From Alphaproteobacteria bacterium (lineage in GTDB: Bacteria > Pseudomonadota > Alphaproteobacteria > SP197): a stretch of 64,000 nt of DNA. Below are positions 1 to 8,800 of the stretch, piece after piece; positions within the stretch are counted from its first letter, which is position 1, and every line of letters begins with the position of its first letter. Where the stretch lies: positions 2,336,001-2,400,000 of the forward strand of contig OZ245842.1 of the NCBI GenBank assembly GCA_965228895.1. Direction: 5' to 3'. The translations under genes were made by a program, and so were the position numbers. Below the pieces are notes generated by a model. That model ran no database searches. It was not told the origin of the DNA and was given only the letters and a program-made list of their open reading frames with translations.

Positions 1-196
1 TGCCGGCATGGAGGAGCGGGAGTTTCCGTTGAGCGCACAAACGGTCCGCGCACAAGCCGGCGACGCCTTGTTGGTCAGCGAAGGCGTCCGTCACATCCTG
101 GCGCCGACCTGCGTGATACCCGACGGTTCGAGCGATCAGTCGCTCGCCGCCGTCGCACTTGCCGTCGACCAGTTCGTGCATGCACGCACAACGTAA
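1..196 (+). CDS. Probable 3' end of a gene entering from the left edge; product unknown
   Basis: Frame open from the window edge to TAA at 194-196 with GC-rich codon usage; no recognisable motif. Confidence 0.35.
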   Translation, partial: AGMEEREFPLSAQTVRAQAGDALLVSEGVRHILAPTCVIPDGSSDQSLAAVALAVDQFVHARTT

Positions 197-307
197 CCCA
201 GGAACCCGAGCTCTTCGCGCGTCACGGGCAGATTGATCCACAAGACCGCCATGCGTTCACCCAGCAGTGATTTGTGCGTTAGCGGTTGATTGCCGACCGT
301 GACATCG

Positions 308-1060
308 ATGGCTGAATACGACGACGGCTCGTCCGCCGCCCCCAGCCGGCGACGATTTCTCAAGGGCGGCGCCCTGTTCTCTGCCGCAGCCCTGGTGCTT
401 CCCGAAGTGCCGGCCGCTCTGCTGACGGAGCAACCCGAAGTCAGCGCCGCGAGCGCCGTCGCCTTCTTTGATACGCTGGCCCTGACCCAGGAGCGGCGTG
501 GCAACATGCGCCATACATGGGTCAGAAAGTGGGGTTGGCCGGTGACCGTTCGCTTGCACGGCTCGGTCGCCGACTCATTCCGCGACGATGTCGCGGCTGC
601 CATCGATGTTCTGACACGGCTGACAGGCCACGAAATCGTCCTTGACGGCGACGGTGTCACGCGAGTCGGCACGATCGATATCGTGGTCAGCCCGCACGAT
701 GAGATCCATGGACAATTCCCCGCACCGGGTGCTGTCTGCAATACCCACACACGCGGTGCGCGCGGCGCGCTTTATTTCGCACGGGTCGATATCAGCGAAG
801 ACTTCACGGATTGTCTGCGTCACGAATTGATGCATGCGATGGGTTTTGCCAATCATTGGAAAAGTCCTGCCGCCGATGCCTCGATGCCGTCGATCCTGGC
901 CATGCGCAATGCGCCGTTTCGGTCCGTAGACTATTCTGACTGGGACCGCCTGGCACTACGCCTGCTCTATCACCCGGACATGCAGCCCGGCCTGCCGCGT
1001 GGCATTGCCTTGGAGAAAGCCGAAACCATGCTGATCGAGGCGCTGCAGGACGCCACCTAA
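308..1060 (+). CDS. Tat-exported HExxH zincin-like protein (DUF2927-like)
   Basis: SRRRFLK twin-arginine motif plus hydrophobic stretch; CLRHELMHAMG HExxH motif; C-terminal 'D..ALRLLYHPDMQPG' typical of DUF2927. Start taken at ATG 308. Confidence 0.7.
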   Translation: MAEYDDGSSAAPSRRRFLKGGALFSAAALVLPEVPAALLTEQPEVSAASAVAFFDTLALTQERRGNMRHTWVRKWGWPVTVRLHGSVADSFRDDVAAAIDVLTRLTGHEIVLDGDGVTRVGTIDIVVSPHDEIHGQFPAPGAVCNTHTRGARGALYFARVDISEDFTDCLRHELMHAMGFANHWKSPAADASMPSILAMRNAPFRSVDYSDWDRLALRLLYHPDMQPGLPRGIALEKAETMLIEALQDAT

Positions 1061-1067
1061 GGACACC

Positions 1068-1207
1068 CTAGAGCGGATCATGGTTAGATGGGACCGCTTG
1101 ACGGTCCCATCTAACCATGTGAATCCGCTCTTTATCGATGAGTAGAGCGGATTCACCTGTCTTGATGTCATCGCGAAGCGAATCCATCAAAACAGGATCT
1201 GCTCTAG
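1068..1207. repeat. 140-bp twin-hairpin palindromic repeat (MITE/RIME-like), copy 1
   Basis: Ends CTAGAGCGGATC...GATCTGCTCTAG (12-bp inverted repeat, 1 mismatch); internal perfect 18-bp stem CATGGTTAGATGGGACCG/CGGTCCCATCTAACCATG plus a second hairpin; recurs inverted at 2694-2833. Confidence 0.9.
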
Positions 1208-1887
1208 GCGACCCTTTCGCACAGGTGAAAGACAGAGCGGCAGGGGTGAGAGAACTCACGTTGGACGATGCGCCAGCCCGCGGCCGTTATCACGGCTTCC
1301 CAGTCTTTCACCGCGAATCCCTTGTAGCCGAGCTCCCACTTGTGGCCCCAGGGGTCGGGGTCCGGCGCGAACGATTTGAACCGGCGGAACTTCTTCAGTG
1401 ACAGATACTGACGCCATGTGAAGGGATTGAGATAGACCGACCAGGCGAACTGGAACCCTTCATAGGGGACCGACAGCACGAGGTACGGAGCACCGCTGGC
1501 ATGAAACGCAGCCAGAATTGACGGAGCCGTATTCCACGACAGGTGTTCCAAGGTCTCGCAACACATGATGGCGTCGAAACCTTCGATGCCCGATGGGTCG
1601 AGCGTGGTGAGGTCCGCCTCGATGTTCGGCCGCTCGGGTCTGTGGAAAGGCGGTGGGAAGAGGTCGAGTGTCGTGACGTCGTATCCGCCGTTGTCCAGCA
1701 TCGCTGTCACCAGGCCCAGATAGGGCCCGACTTCCAGGATTCTGTTCACGTCGAGGCCGGCCAGCATATGAACCTGCAGCCACTGATGGCCGATGCGCTT
1801 CTCGGAGTAATACTGGTGCCACTCCGCCCGCCGCTTGGCGTCGTCGAGATGCGGGACGTTCTCCGGTGTCAGGGTTTCGCGGCTCAT
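1204..1887 (-). CDS. Class I SAM-dependent methyltransferase
   Basis: ILEVGPYLG motif I, VTTLD, FDAIMCCETLEH; start at MSRETL (1887); TAG stop lies in the repeat terminus. Confidence 0.8.
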   Translation of the reverse strand: MSRETLTPENVPHLDDAKRRAEWHQYYSEKRIGHQWLQVHMLAGLDVNRILEVGPYLGLVTAMLDNGGYDVTTLDLFPPPFHRPERPNIEADLTTLDPSGIEGFDAIMCCETLEHLSWNTAPSILAAFHASGAPYLVLSVPYEGFQFAWSVYLNPFTWRQYLSLKKFRRFKSFAPDPDPWGHKWELGYKGFAVKDWEAVITAAGWRIVQREFSHPCRSVFHLCERVA

Positions 1888-2036
1888 GGGCGGCGACCCT
1901 ATCGGAGGCCCCCGTGGGGCACAACGCGCGAAATGAGGCAAGCCAATGCCGTCGTGACAGGCCTTATCGGCAGGCGGTCTCGGCGCTCGTCGTCCCGACG
2001 CCCGTGGCGCCAATCGGCGCGTTTGGAATCCGGCAC

Positions 2037-2681
2037 CTAGTCACCCCAAGTCCCGATGTCCTGGCGCGCCAGAACGCTCGCAACGGAGGGCCGCTTCTTC
2101 AGCTCTTGGGTCAGCCGGGCAACCGACGGATGGCGGTTCATGAAGCCCGTGACATCGTCATCGGCCCACAAGGCGAACATGACGAGGTAGACGTCAGCAG
2201 CGCTGAGCCGGCCACCAGCAAGATAACCATCGTCTTGCAGCGCAGTCTCGATCATTGTCCATTGCGTAGCCAAGACGACTGATGCCCGCTTCTTGACGGC
2301 GCCGAACTGGGCGGGGTCGTCGATACAGTTCTCCGGATGAATGAGCTGCATGAACGCCGGGTAGAGCGACGCCGACAGAAACGATATCCAGCGCAGGTAA
2401 GAAACCCGCGCGGGATCATCCAGTTTCGGCGCCAGATCACCCGAAGAATGGCGGTCGGCCAGGTAGAGCATGATGGCGCCTGACTCCGTCAACAGCCGGC
2501 CATCATCCAGCTCGAGCGCCGGCACCTGGCAAAGTGGATTGAGTTTGGCGTACCAGGCGGGGTCGATCTGGTCGCGGTAGCCGGTAACGAGCACCCGCGA
2601 GCACGGCGCGCCCAGTTCCTCCAGCAGCCACTCGACCGCGAGGGAACCGGCGAACGGGCGGCCGAACAGGCGATAACTCAT
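2037..2681 (-). CDS. Glutathione S-transferase family protein
   Basis: LNPLCQVPAL, TESGAIMLYL, LSAADVY; AAAGGAGG Shine-Dalgarno upstream of ATG 2681. Confidence 0.88.
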   Translation of the reverse strand: MSYRLFGRPFAGSLAVEWLLEELGAPCSRVLVTGYRDQIDPAWYAKLNPLCQVPALELDDGRLLTESGAIMLYLADRHSSGDLAPKLDDPARVSYLRWISFLSASLYPAFMQLIHPENCIDDPAQFGAVKKRASVVLATQWTMIETALQDDGYLAGGRLSAADVYLVMFALWADDDVTGFMNRHPSVARLTQELKKRPSVASVLARQDIGTWGD

Positions 2682-2693
2682 GACGCGGCCTCC

Positions 2694-2833
2694 TTTGAGC
2701 AGATCCTGTTTTGATGACATCGCTTCGCGATGGCATCAAGGCAGGTGAATCTGTTCTACAAATCGATAGAGAGCGGATTCACATGGTTCGGTGGAACCGT
2801 CAAGCGGCTCCTCCTAACCATGATCCGCTCTAG
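2694..2833. repeat. 140-bp twin-hairpin repeat, copy 2 (inverted relative to copy 1)
   Basis: Reverse complement aligns ungapped to 1068-1207 with about 19 mismatches in 140 by manual count; one end CTAG intact, the other mutated. Confidence 0.9.
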
Positions 2834-3977
2834 CGCGGCGGATCATATCCTTGGCGATCACGAGTTGCTGGATCTGCGACGTGCCTTCGTAGAGCCGGTA
2901 GATCCTGACATCGCGATAAAGCCTGGAGACCGCGTAGTCGTTGATGTAGCCGGCGCCGCCGTGGATCTGGACGGCGCGGTCGGCGACCCGCCCGAGCATT
3001 TCGCTGCAGTAGTACTTGGCTTCCGCTGCAATGCGCGGCAGCTTCTCGCCGGCTTCGTAACGCTGGGCGGCGTCACGCACCAGTGCCCAGCCGACATCGT
3101 GTTCGGTTTGGCTATCGGCCAGCATGGCCTGGATGAGCTGGAAATCCGCGATGGCCTGACCGAACTGCTGGCGTTCGATGGCATAAGCCACGGATTCCTG
3201 GATCAACCGGTCGGCGAGGCCGCAGCAGCATGCCGCAATATGCAACCTGCCCTTGTCCAGCACCTTCATGGCCGTCTTGAACCCGGTTCCCTCGACACCG
3301 CCGATCAAAGCCGATCCCGGGATCCGGCAGTCCTCGAAGATGACATCGCAGATCTGACCACCTTTCTGGCCCATCTTGTTTTCAGGTTTGCCCAGCCTGA
3401 TGCCCGGCGTATCGGCTTCGACCAAAAAGGCGGATACGCCGCGTGCGCCCTTTTGGTCAGGATCGGTGCGCGCCATGACCGTGAACAGATCCGCCGTCGG
3501 CGCGTTCGTGATGTAGCGCTTGGTGCCGTTGAGCACGTAACCGTTGCCGTCGCCAGTGGCCCGGGTCTTCACCGAGGCGGCGTCGGAGCCAATATCCGGC
3601 TCGGTCAGTGCGAACGAGGAAATCATGTCGCCGGAAGCAAGCTTCGGCAGATAAGCCTGTTTCTGTTCCTCCGTACCGTCGATCAGAATGCCTTGGGAGC
3701 CGATGGCAACATTGGTGCCGAAGGCCGAGCGAAAGGCCGGTGCCGCATGGGTGATCTCATAGGCCACCCTCACCTCCTCGGTGATCGAGAGACCCAGACC
3801 GCCATACTCTTCGGGGATCGTCAGGCCGAACAGACCCATCGCCTTCATCTCGTCGATAATGGCCGGCGGTATCGTGTCGGTGGCGTCGACCTCGGCCTCG
3901 GCCGGGATCAGGCGTTCCCCGACGAACCGCTGGATCGTTTTGACAAACTGCTCAAGTGTTTCCTGATCGAGCGCCAT
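2814..3977 (-). CDS. Acyl-CoA dehydrogenase
   Basis: FALTEPDIGSD, LNGTKRYITN, ERQQFG, QIHGGAGY, LYEGTSQIQ; start MALDQE at 3977. Confidence 0.93.
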   Translation of the reverse strand: MALDQETLEQFVKTIQRFVGERLIPAEAEVDATDTIPPAIIDEMKAMGLFGLTIPEEYGGLGLSITEEVRVAYEITHAAPAFRSAFGTNVAIGSQGILIDGTEEQKQAYLPKLASGDMISSFALTEPDIGSDAASVKTRATGDGNGYVLNGTKRYITNAPTADLFTVMARTDPDQKGARGVSAFLVEADTPGIRLGKPENKMGQKGGQICDVIFEDCRIPGSALIGGVEGTGFKTAMKVLDKGRLHIAACCCGLADRLIQESVAYAIERQQFGQAIADFQLIQAMLADSQTEHDVGWALVRDAAQRYEAGEKLPRIAAEAKYYCSEMLGRVADRAVQIHGGAGYINDYAVSRLYRDVRIYRLYEGTSQIQQLVIAKDMIRRARADHG

Positions 3978-4106
3978 GGGTTCCCTTTCCGAGATCGTTC
4001 GGCGCACGATAGCGACAAATTTTCTGAGAACCCAGGCATCATGCCGCCAAAGTGGTGTTTGCCTGTGCTATGACACCTGCGCCAGCGCCAGGGAGGGCGA
4101 GGATTC

Positions 4107-4853
4107 ATGAGCGGCGTCATGCTTGTAACGGGCGGCAGTCGAGGCATCGGCGCGGCGATCGCGCGCCGGGCAGCCCAGGCCGGTTACGATGTCGCCGTGA
4201 ACTTTGCCGGTCGTGCCGATAAGGCAGCGGAGGTCGCCGCGGACGTCCAGAAGCTGGGACGCAAGGCCATGACGATCCAGGCCGACACGGCCGATCCGCA
4301 AGCCGTCGAGGCCATGTTCGCCGAGACCGACCGCGTTCTGGGTCCCGTGACGGCGCTCGTCAACAACGCCGGCATTGTTGAGAAGATGACCACGGCGGAG
4401 CTGGATCCGACGCGCCTGAGCCGCATGATCGACGTCAACATCACCGGGTGTTTCCTGTGTTCCCATCAGGCGGTCCGGCGCATGGGCCGCTCGTTCGGCG
4501 GTGACGGCGGCACCATCGTCAACATCTCGTCGCGCGCCGCGGCGTCCGGCGGTCTTCCCGGCTCGATCGGCTATGCCGCGACCAAGGGTGCGGTGGACAG
4601 CATGACCCTGGGTCAGGCCAAAGAACTGGGACCGGAAGGAATCAGGGTTGTCGCCATCCGCCCTGGCTTGATCCACTCTGACATCCACGAGCCGAACGGT
4701 GGCCGTGACGCCGTCCACAAGATGGCGGCGGCGTCGGTCCCCTTGGGTCGCGGCGGCGAGCCCGATGAGGTCGCCGGTCTTGCGGTGTGGCTGTGTGGTG
4801 ATGAGGCAAGCTATGTAAGCGGCGCGCTGTTCGATGTCGGCGGCGGCCGCTAG
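4107..4853 (+). CDS. Short-chain dehydrogenase/reductase (SDR)
   Basis: TGGSRGIG, NNAG, YAATK catalytic motif. Confidence 0.93.
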   Translation: MSGVMLVTGGSRGIGAAIARRAAQAGYDVAVNFAGRADKAAEVAADVQKLGRKAMTIQADTADPQAVEAMFAETDRVLGPVTALVNNAGIVEKMTTAELDPTRLSRMIDVNITGCFLCSHQAVRRMGRSFGGDGGTIVNISSRAAASGGLPGSIGYAATKGAVDSMTLGQAKELGPEGIRVVAIRPGLIHSDIHEPNGGRDAVHKMAAASVPLGRGGEPDEVAGLAVWLCGDEASYVSGALFDVGGGR

Positions 4854-4889
4854 GTACAGTTAGAGAGCACGAGACGGTGAACCGATAAC

Positions 4890-6593
4890 ATGAACAAGAT
4901 CTCCTCCAACCTTTCCGGCGCTCAGGTTTTTGTCGCGGCCCTAAAACGCCATGGCGTCGATATCATGTTCGGCCAGAGCATCCCGACGCTGTTCTATCTG
5001 GCGACCCCCGACTACGGCATCGAGCAGATCACCTACCGGACCGAGAACGCCGGCGCGGTCATGGCCGATGCCTACGCCCGGATCTCCGGCCGTATCCCGG
5101 TCGTCACCGCCCAGAACGGTCCCGCGGCAACGCTTCTGGTTGCCGGGCTTGCCGAAGCATTGACCGCGTCCATTCCCATCGTCGCGTTGGTTCAGGAAGT
5201 GCCCGCCGAAAACCGCGACCGCAACGCGTTCCAGGAACTCGATCAGCTCGAGCTGTTCAAGGGCGCGGCCAAGTGGATCAGACGGGTCAGCGAGCCCGGG
5301 CGGATTGATGACTATGTGGACATGGCGTTCAAGGCCGCCGGCAGCGGCCGGCCAGGTCCGGCCGTGTTGTTGTGCCCAGCCGATCTGATCGAGCGCGCGG
5401 GTGCTGCCTCGTCGTCGCGTCACGAGAACCTGGGGCGCTATCCGATCGACCGCCCGGTCGCCGACCCCGTCGCGGTCAGCAAGGCTGCAGACCTGTTGGC
5501 TGCCGCCGACAACCCGTTCGTCTGGGCCGGTGGCGGCGTTCACAGCTCGCGTGCCTGGAACGATGTCGCGACACTGCAAGAGACCTGTCACCTGCCCGTC
5601 GCGACGACGACCATGGGCAAGGGTGTGATTGACGAAAGCCACCCGCTGTCGATGGGTGTAATCGGCTATTACATGGGTACCGGCGGCGCGACACGTCACC
5701 TGCGCCCCATGGTCGAGCGGGCCGACGTGATCTTGGCGGTCGGCAACCGCACCAACCAGAACGGCACGGACTCGTGGTCGCTGCTGCCGGAAGGCGCTCG
5801 GATCATCCATATCGATATCGACCCGATGGAGATTGGCCGAAACTACGAAGCGCTCCGGCTGGTCGGTGACGCCAGCCTGACCTTGCGTGCGCTGACAGCG
5901 CAGTTAGAACAGCGTGACCTGACCAAACGTCAGACCGCCCGCAGCCGCGTCGAAACGGAGATATCGTCGGCCCGTCTTCAGCACCTCGAGGAACGCTCCG
6001 CGCGGGCGAGCACCGATGCTCATCCGATCCGGCCCGAAAAGCTTATGGCCGACCTCGACGCCATGCTGACGCCCGAACACATCGTTGTCGCCGACGCGAG
6101 CTATGCTTCAATCTGGATCTGCAACAACCTGATGAGCCGGCGTCCGGGCATGCGGTTTTTAACACCACGCGGCATGGCAGGGCTTGGCTGGGGTCTGCCC
6201 TATGCGCTGGGCGCCAAACTCGCAGAGCCCAAGGCGCCGGTCTTCGCGCTGGTGGGCGATGGCGGTTTCGCCCACGTCTGGTCGGAGCTCGAAACCGCCT
6301 ACCGTCATGGTTTGCATGTTGTGTTGGTCGTGCTGAACAATCAGATCCTGGGTTATCAGAAACACGCGGAGAATGCCCGTTATGGCGACCACACAGGCGC
6401 CGTCTATTTCCAGCCGGTCGATCATGCGGCCATTGCACGCGCCTGTGGTTGCCGCGGCGTTACCGTCACCGAGGCCGCCGCATTCCACGCGGCACTCGCC
6501 GACGCGTTTGCCGCAACGAAGGAAGCGACCACTGTGATCGATGTCATGGTCGACCCGGATGCCCACCCCCCGATTACCGCCTTCGAGAGTTGA
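4890..6593 (+). CDS. ThDP-dependent enzyme, acetolactate synthase large-subunit-like
   Basis: RTENAG, QNGPAA, GRPGP, GDGGF...NN ThDP-binding motif; no adjacent ilvH-like regulatory subunit. Confidence 0.88.
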   Translation: MNKISSNLSGAQVFVAALKRHGVDIMFGQSIPTLFYLATPDYGIEQITYRTENAGAVMADAYARISGRIPVVTAQNGPAATLLVAGLAEALTASIPIVALVQEVPAENRDRNAFQELDQLELFKGAAKWIRRVSEPGRIDDYVDMAFKAAGSGRPGPAVLLCPADLIERAGAASSSRHENLGRYPIDRPVADPVAVSKAADLLAAADNPFVWAGGGVHSSRAWNDVATLQETCHLPVATTTMGKGVIDESHPLSMGVIGYYMGTGGATRHLRPMVERADVILAVGNRTNQNGTDSWSLLPEGARIIHIDIDPMEIGRNYEALRLVGDASLTLRALTAQLEQRDLTKRQTARSRVETEISSARLQHLEERSARASTDAHPIRPEKLMADLDAMLTPEHIVVADASYASIWICNNLMSRRPGMRFLTPRGMAGLGWGLPYALGAKLAEPKAPVFALVGDGGFAHVWSELETAYRHGLHVVLVVLNNQILGYQKHAENARYGDHTGAVYFQPVDHAAIARACGCRGVTVTEAAAFHAALADAFAATKEATTVIDVMVDPDAHPPITAFES

Positions 6594-7030
6594 TGATGAA
6601 CAAAGCCGCGAACCCTTTGATCCCCGATGGTTTCGTCAAGCATGAGTCGGACGACCCTTACGAAGAGTTGAACGGCCTGGTCTACATCAACGACATGGGT
6701 GACGGCCGCGTCGAGGTCGGCTTGCTGGCCGACGAACGCCACGCCAATGAGTACGGCGCGGTGCATGGCGGTGTCATGATGATGATGGCCGATGCGGCGC
6801 TCTGCATGAACTCGCGATGGCACGACCCTAAGGAAGGCGCCATCACCGTGTCGGCGCACAATGACTTTGTCGCCGGCGCCCAGATCGGCGAGTTTCTGGA
6901 AACCCGATCCAGTGTCGTTCGGCGCACAGGTTCGTTTTCGTTCATGCGCTGCGACGTAATGGTCGGCGATCGTGTCGTGATGGCATCGTCCGGTATCATC
7001 AAGCGCCTGCTGCCGAAATCTGACGGTTAG
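6593..7030 (+). CDS. PaaI-family hotdog thioesterase
   Basis: N..GAVHGGVMMMMAD motif; ATG overlaps the upstream TGA. Confidence 0.85.
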   Translation: MMNKAANPLIPDGFVKHESDDPYEELNGLVYINDMGDGRVEVGLLADERHANEYGAVHGGVMMMMADAALCMNSRWHDPKEGAITVSAHNDFVAGAQIGEFLETRSSVVRRTGSFSFMRCDVMVGDRVVMASSGIIKRLLPKSDG

Positions 7031-7032
7031 CT

Positions 7033-7440
7033 ATGATCACCTGCCGAACGATCATCCTGTTGATTGCGTCGGCATTTGTTGTTGCGACGGCGCAGGCTGA
7101 AGATGGTCGCGCCGATCCAGCAAGGATCGTCGGTACCTACCAGGGTCAAGCTGTCAGCGGCGGCGTGGTGGTCGACGTCATTACGACCTTCAGCCTCGAC
7201 AAGTCGGACATGCTGGTGGGCACCTACCGGTTTAATCAGGGTGATGAGTGGTTTGACGGCACGCTGACCAAGACGCGGTTCTCCGAACAGGGCGATGTGA
7301 CCTTTATCTGGCAAGACGCATTCGGCGCCGGCACGCTGACGGTCACCTTCGCTGACGACTATCAATCATTCACGGGCGCCTGGTCAGGTTTGGAAGATAC
7401 ATCCGACGCCTTCCCCTGGACGGGCAAGAGGACAAAATAG
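7033..7440 (+). CDS. Small secreted beta-rich hypothetical protein
   Basis: Sec-type signal peptide (...TAQA|E); alternating hydrophobic pattern; directly follows the PaaI gene. Confidence 0.6.
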   Translation: MITCRTIILLIASAFVVATAQAEDGRADPARIVGTYQGQAVSGGVVVDVITTFSLDKSDMLVGTYRFNQGDEWFDGTLTKTRFSEQGDVTFIWQDAFGAGTLTVTFADDYQSFTGAWSGLEDTSDAFPWTGKRTK

Positions 7441-7486
7441 ACACGCCGCTACAGTCGGCGCACGAAAACCAAGGGAACGAAACATC

Positions 7487-8800
7487 ATGGGCCGTTACGA
7501 CAAATCGATTGCAATCCAGGAAGAAGCGCGCCGATTCTTGGCCGGCGGCGTCAGCAGCAACTTCCGGTACCACACGATTCCCGTGCCGCTGTGTTTTGAG
7601 CGTGGTGACGGTCCCTATCTGTGGGATGCCGACGGCAACCGCTATATCGACTATGTCCTGGGCAACGGTCCGGCGATCTTGGGCCACAGTCCGGCCGGTG
7701 TTTTGGATGCGGTGCGCCACTCTCTTGATATCGGGCAGGCGTTTACGGCTATTCATCGTGGCGAGCTGGACCTGGCGCGCCGCCTGACCGAGATCATTCC
7801 CTGCGCCGAGCTCGTGCGTTTTGACATATCCGGTACGCAGGCCGACCAGATTGCGCTGCGCCTGGCGCGCGCCCACACCAACCGCACGAAGGTCATCAAG
7901 TTCGAAGGTCAGTATCATGGTTGGGCCGACAATATTCTGGCCAGCGTCGGGCCGGCGTTGAACGAGGCCGGCCCCAGCGATCATCCGACGACGGTCCTGC
8001 ACAGCCGTGGTCAGTTGGAGAACGTCGCGGAAACCTTGATCGTTCAACCGTTCAACGACATCGATCAGGTCGATGCCACGCTTAGGGAACACGCCGGCGA
8101 AATCGCCGCCATCGTGTTGGAGCCAATCGCCTGCAATTCCGGCGTTGTCGAACCGGAGCCGGGCTATCTCCAAGGTCTGCGTGCGCTGTGTGATCGCGAA
8201 GGCGTGGTGCTGATCTTTGACGAGGTGATTACCGGTTTTCGTGCCGGCTTGGGCGGTGCCCAGGAACGTTATGGCGTGACGCCGGATCTCGCCGTCTTTG
8301 CCAAGGCGGCGGCAGCCGGTTTCGCGATCAGTATCGTTGCCGGAAGACGTGATATCATGGAAGGCGTCATCGACGGTGTCATTCACGGCGGCACCTACAA
8401 TGGCCTGACGTCCAGCATCGCGGCATGCAGCGCGGCGATCGACGAGCTGGAGCGAGATGAGCGGGCTGCTTATCGGCGCATGGACAATGCCGGCGGTCGA
8501 TTGGTCGACGGATTAAACGACCTCGGCCGCAAGCACGGTTTGCCGCTGCATGCCCAGGGCATCGGCGCCATCTTCACGACAGTCTTTTCCGAGAACGGAC
8601 CGCTCAAGAACTATCGCGACTACAAAAGCACGGACGAAACCATGCGTTTACGTTTCGTCGAAGAAATGCAAAACCGTGGCGTGCGCGTCACCGCGCGGGG
8701 CACCTGGTTCATGTCAACGGTGCATGGCGATAGCGAAGTGGATGCGACGCTCGAAGCCGCCGATGCGGCGCTCGCGGCGATGTCTCAATCCCCGTCCTGA
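7487..8800 (+). CDS. Class III PLP aminotransferase (glutamate-1-semialdehyde aminomutase-like)
   Basis: WDADGNRYIDY, KFEGQYHG, FDEVITGFR, DLAVFAK (PLP lysine), HGGTYNG. Confidence 0.9.
   Translation: MGRYDKSIAIQEEARRFLAGGVSSNFRYHTIPVPLCFERGDGPYLWDADGNRYIDYVLGNGPAILGHSPAGVLDAVRHSLDIGQAFTAIHRGELDLARRLTEIIPCAELVRFDISGTQADQIALRLARAHTNRTKVIKFEGQYHGWADNILASVGPALNEAGPSDHPTTVLHSRGQLENVAETLIVQPFNDIDQVDATLREHAGEIAAIVLEPIACNSGVVEPEPGYLQGLRALCDREGVVLIFDEVITGFRAGLGGAQERYGVTPDLAVFAKAAAAGFAISIVAGRRDIMEGVIDGVIHGGTYNGLTSSIAACSAAIDELERDERAAYRRMDNAGGRLVDGLNDLGRKHGLPLHAQGIGAIFTTVFSENGPLKNYRDYKSTDETMRLRFVEEMQNRGVRVTARGTWFMSTVHGDSEVDATLEAADAALAAMSQSPS

Noticed and set aside
1068-2833. Repeats as a CRISPR array or attC integron cassettes
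   Set aside because: Copies are 140 bp, inverted and far apart; no spacers, cas genes, integrase or GTTRRRY ends
956-2900. Similar peptides MTSRQVNPLY... and MASRQVNLFY... in the ORF track
   Set aside because: They are translations of the 140-bp repeat copies, not a protein family
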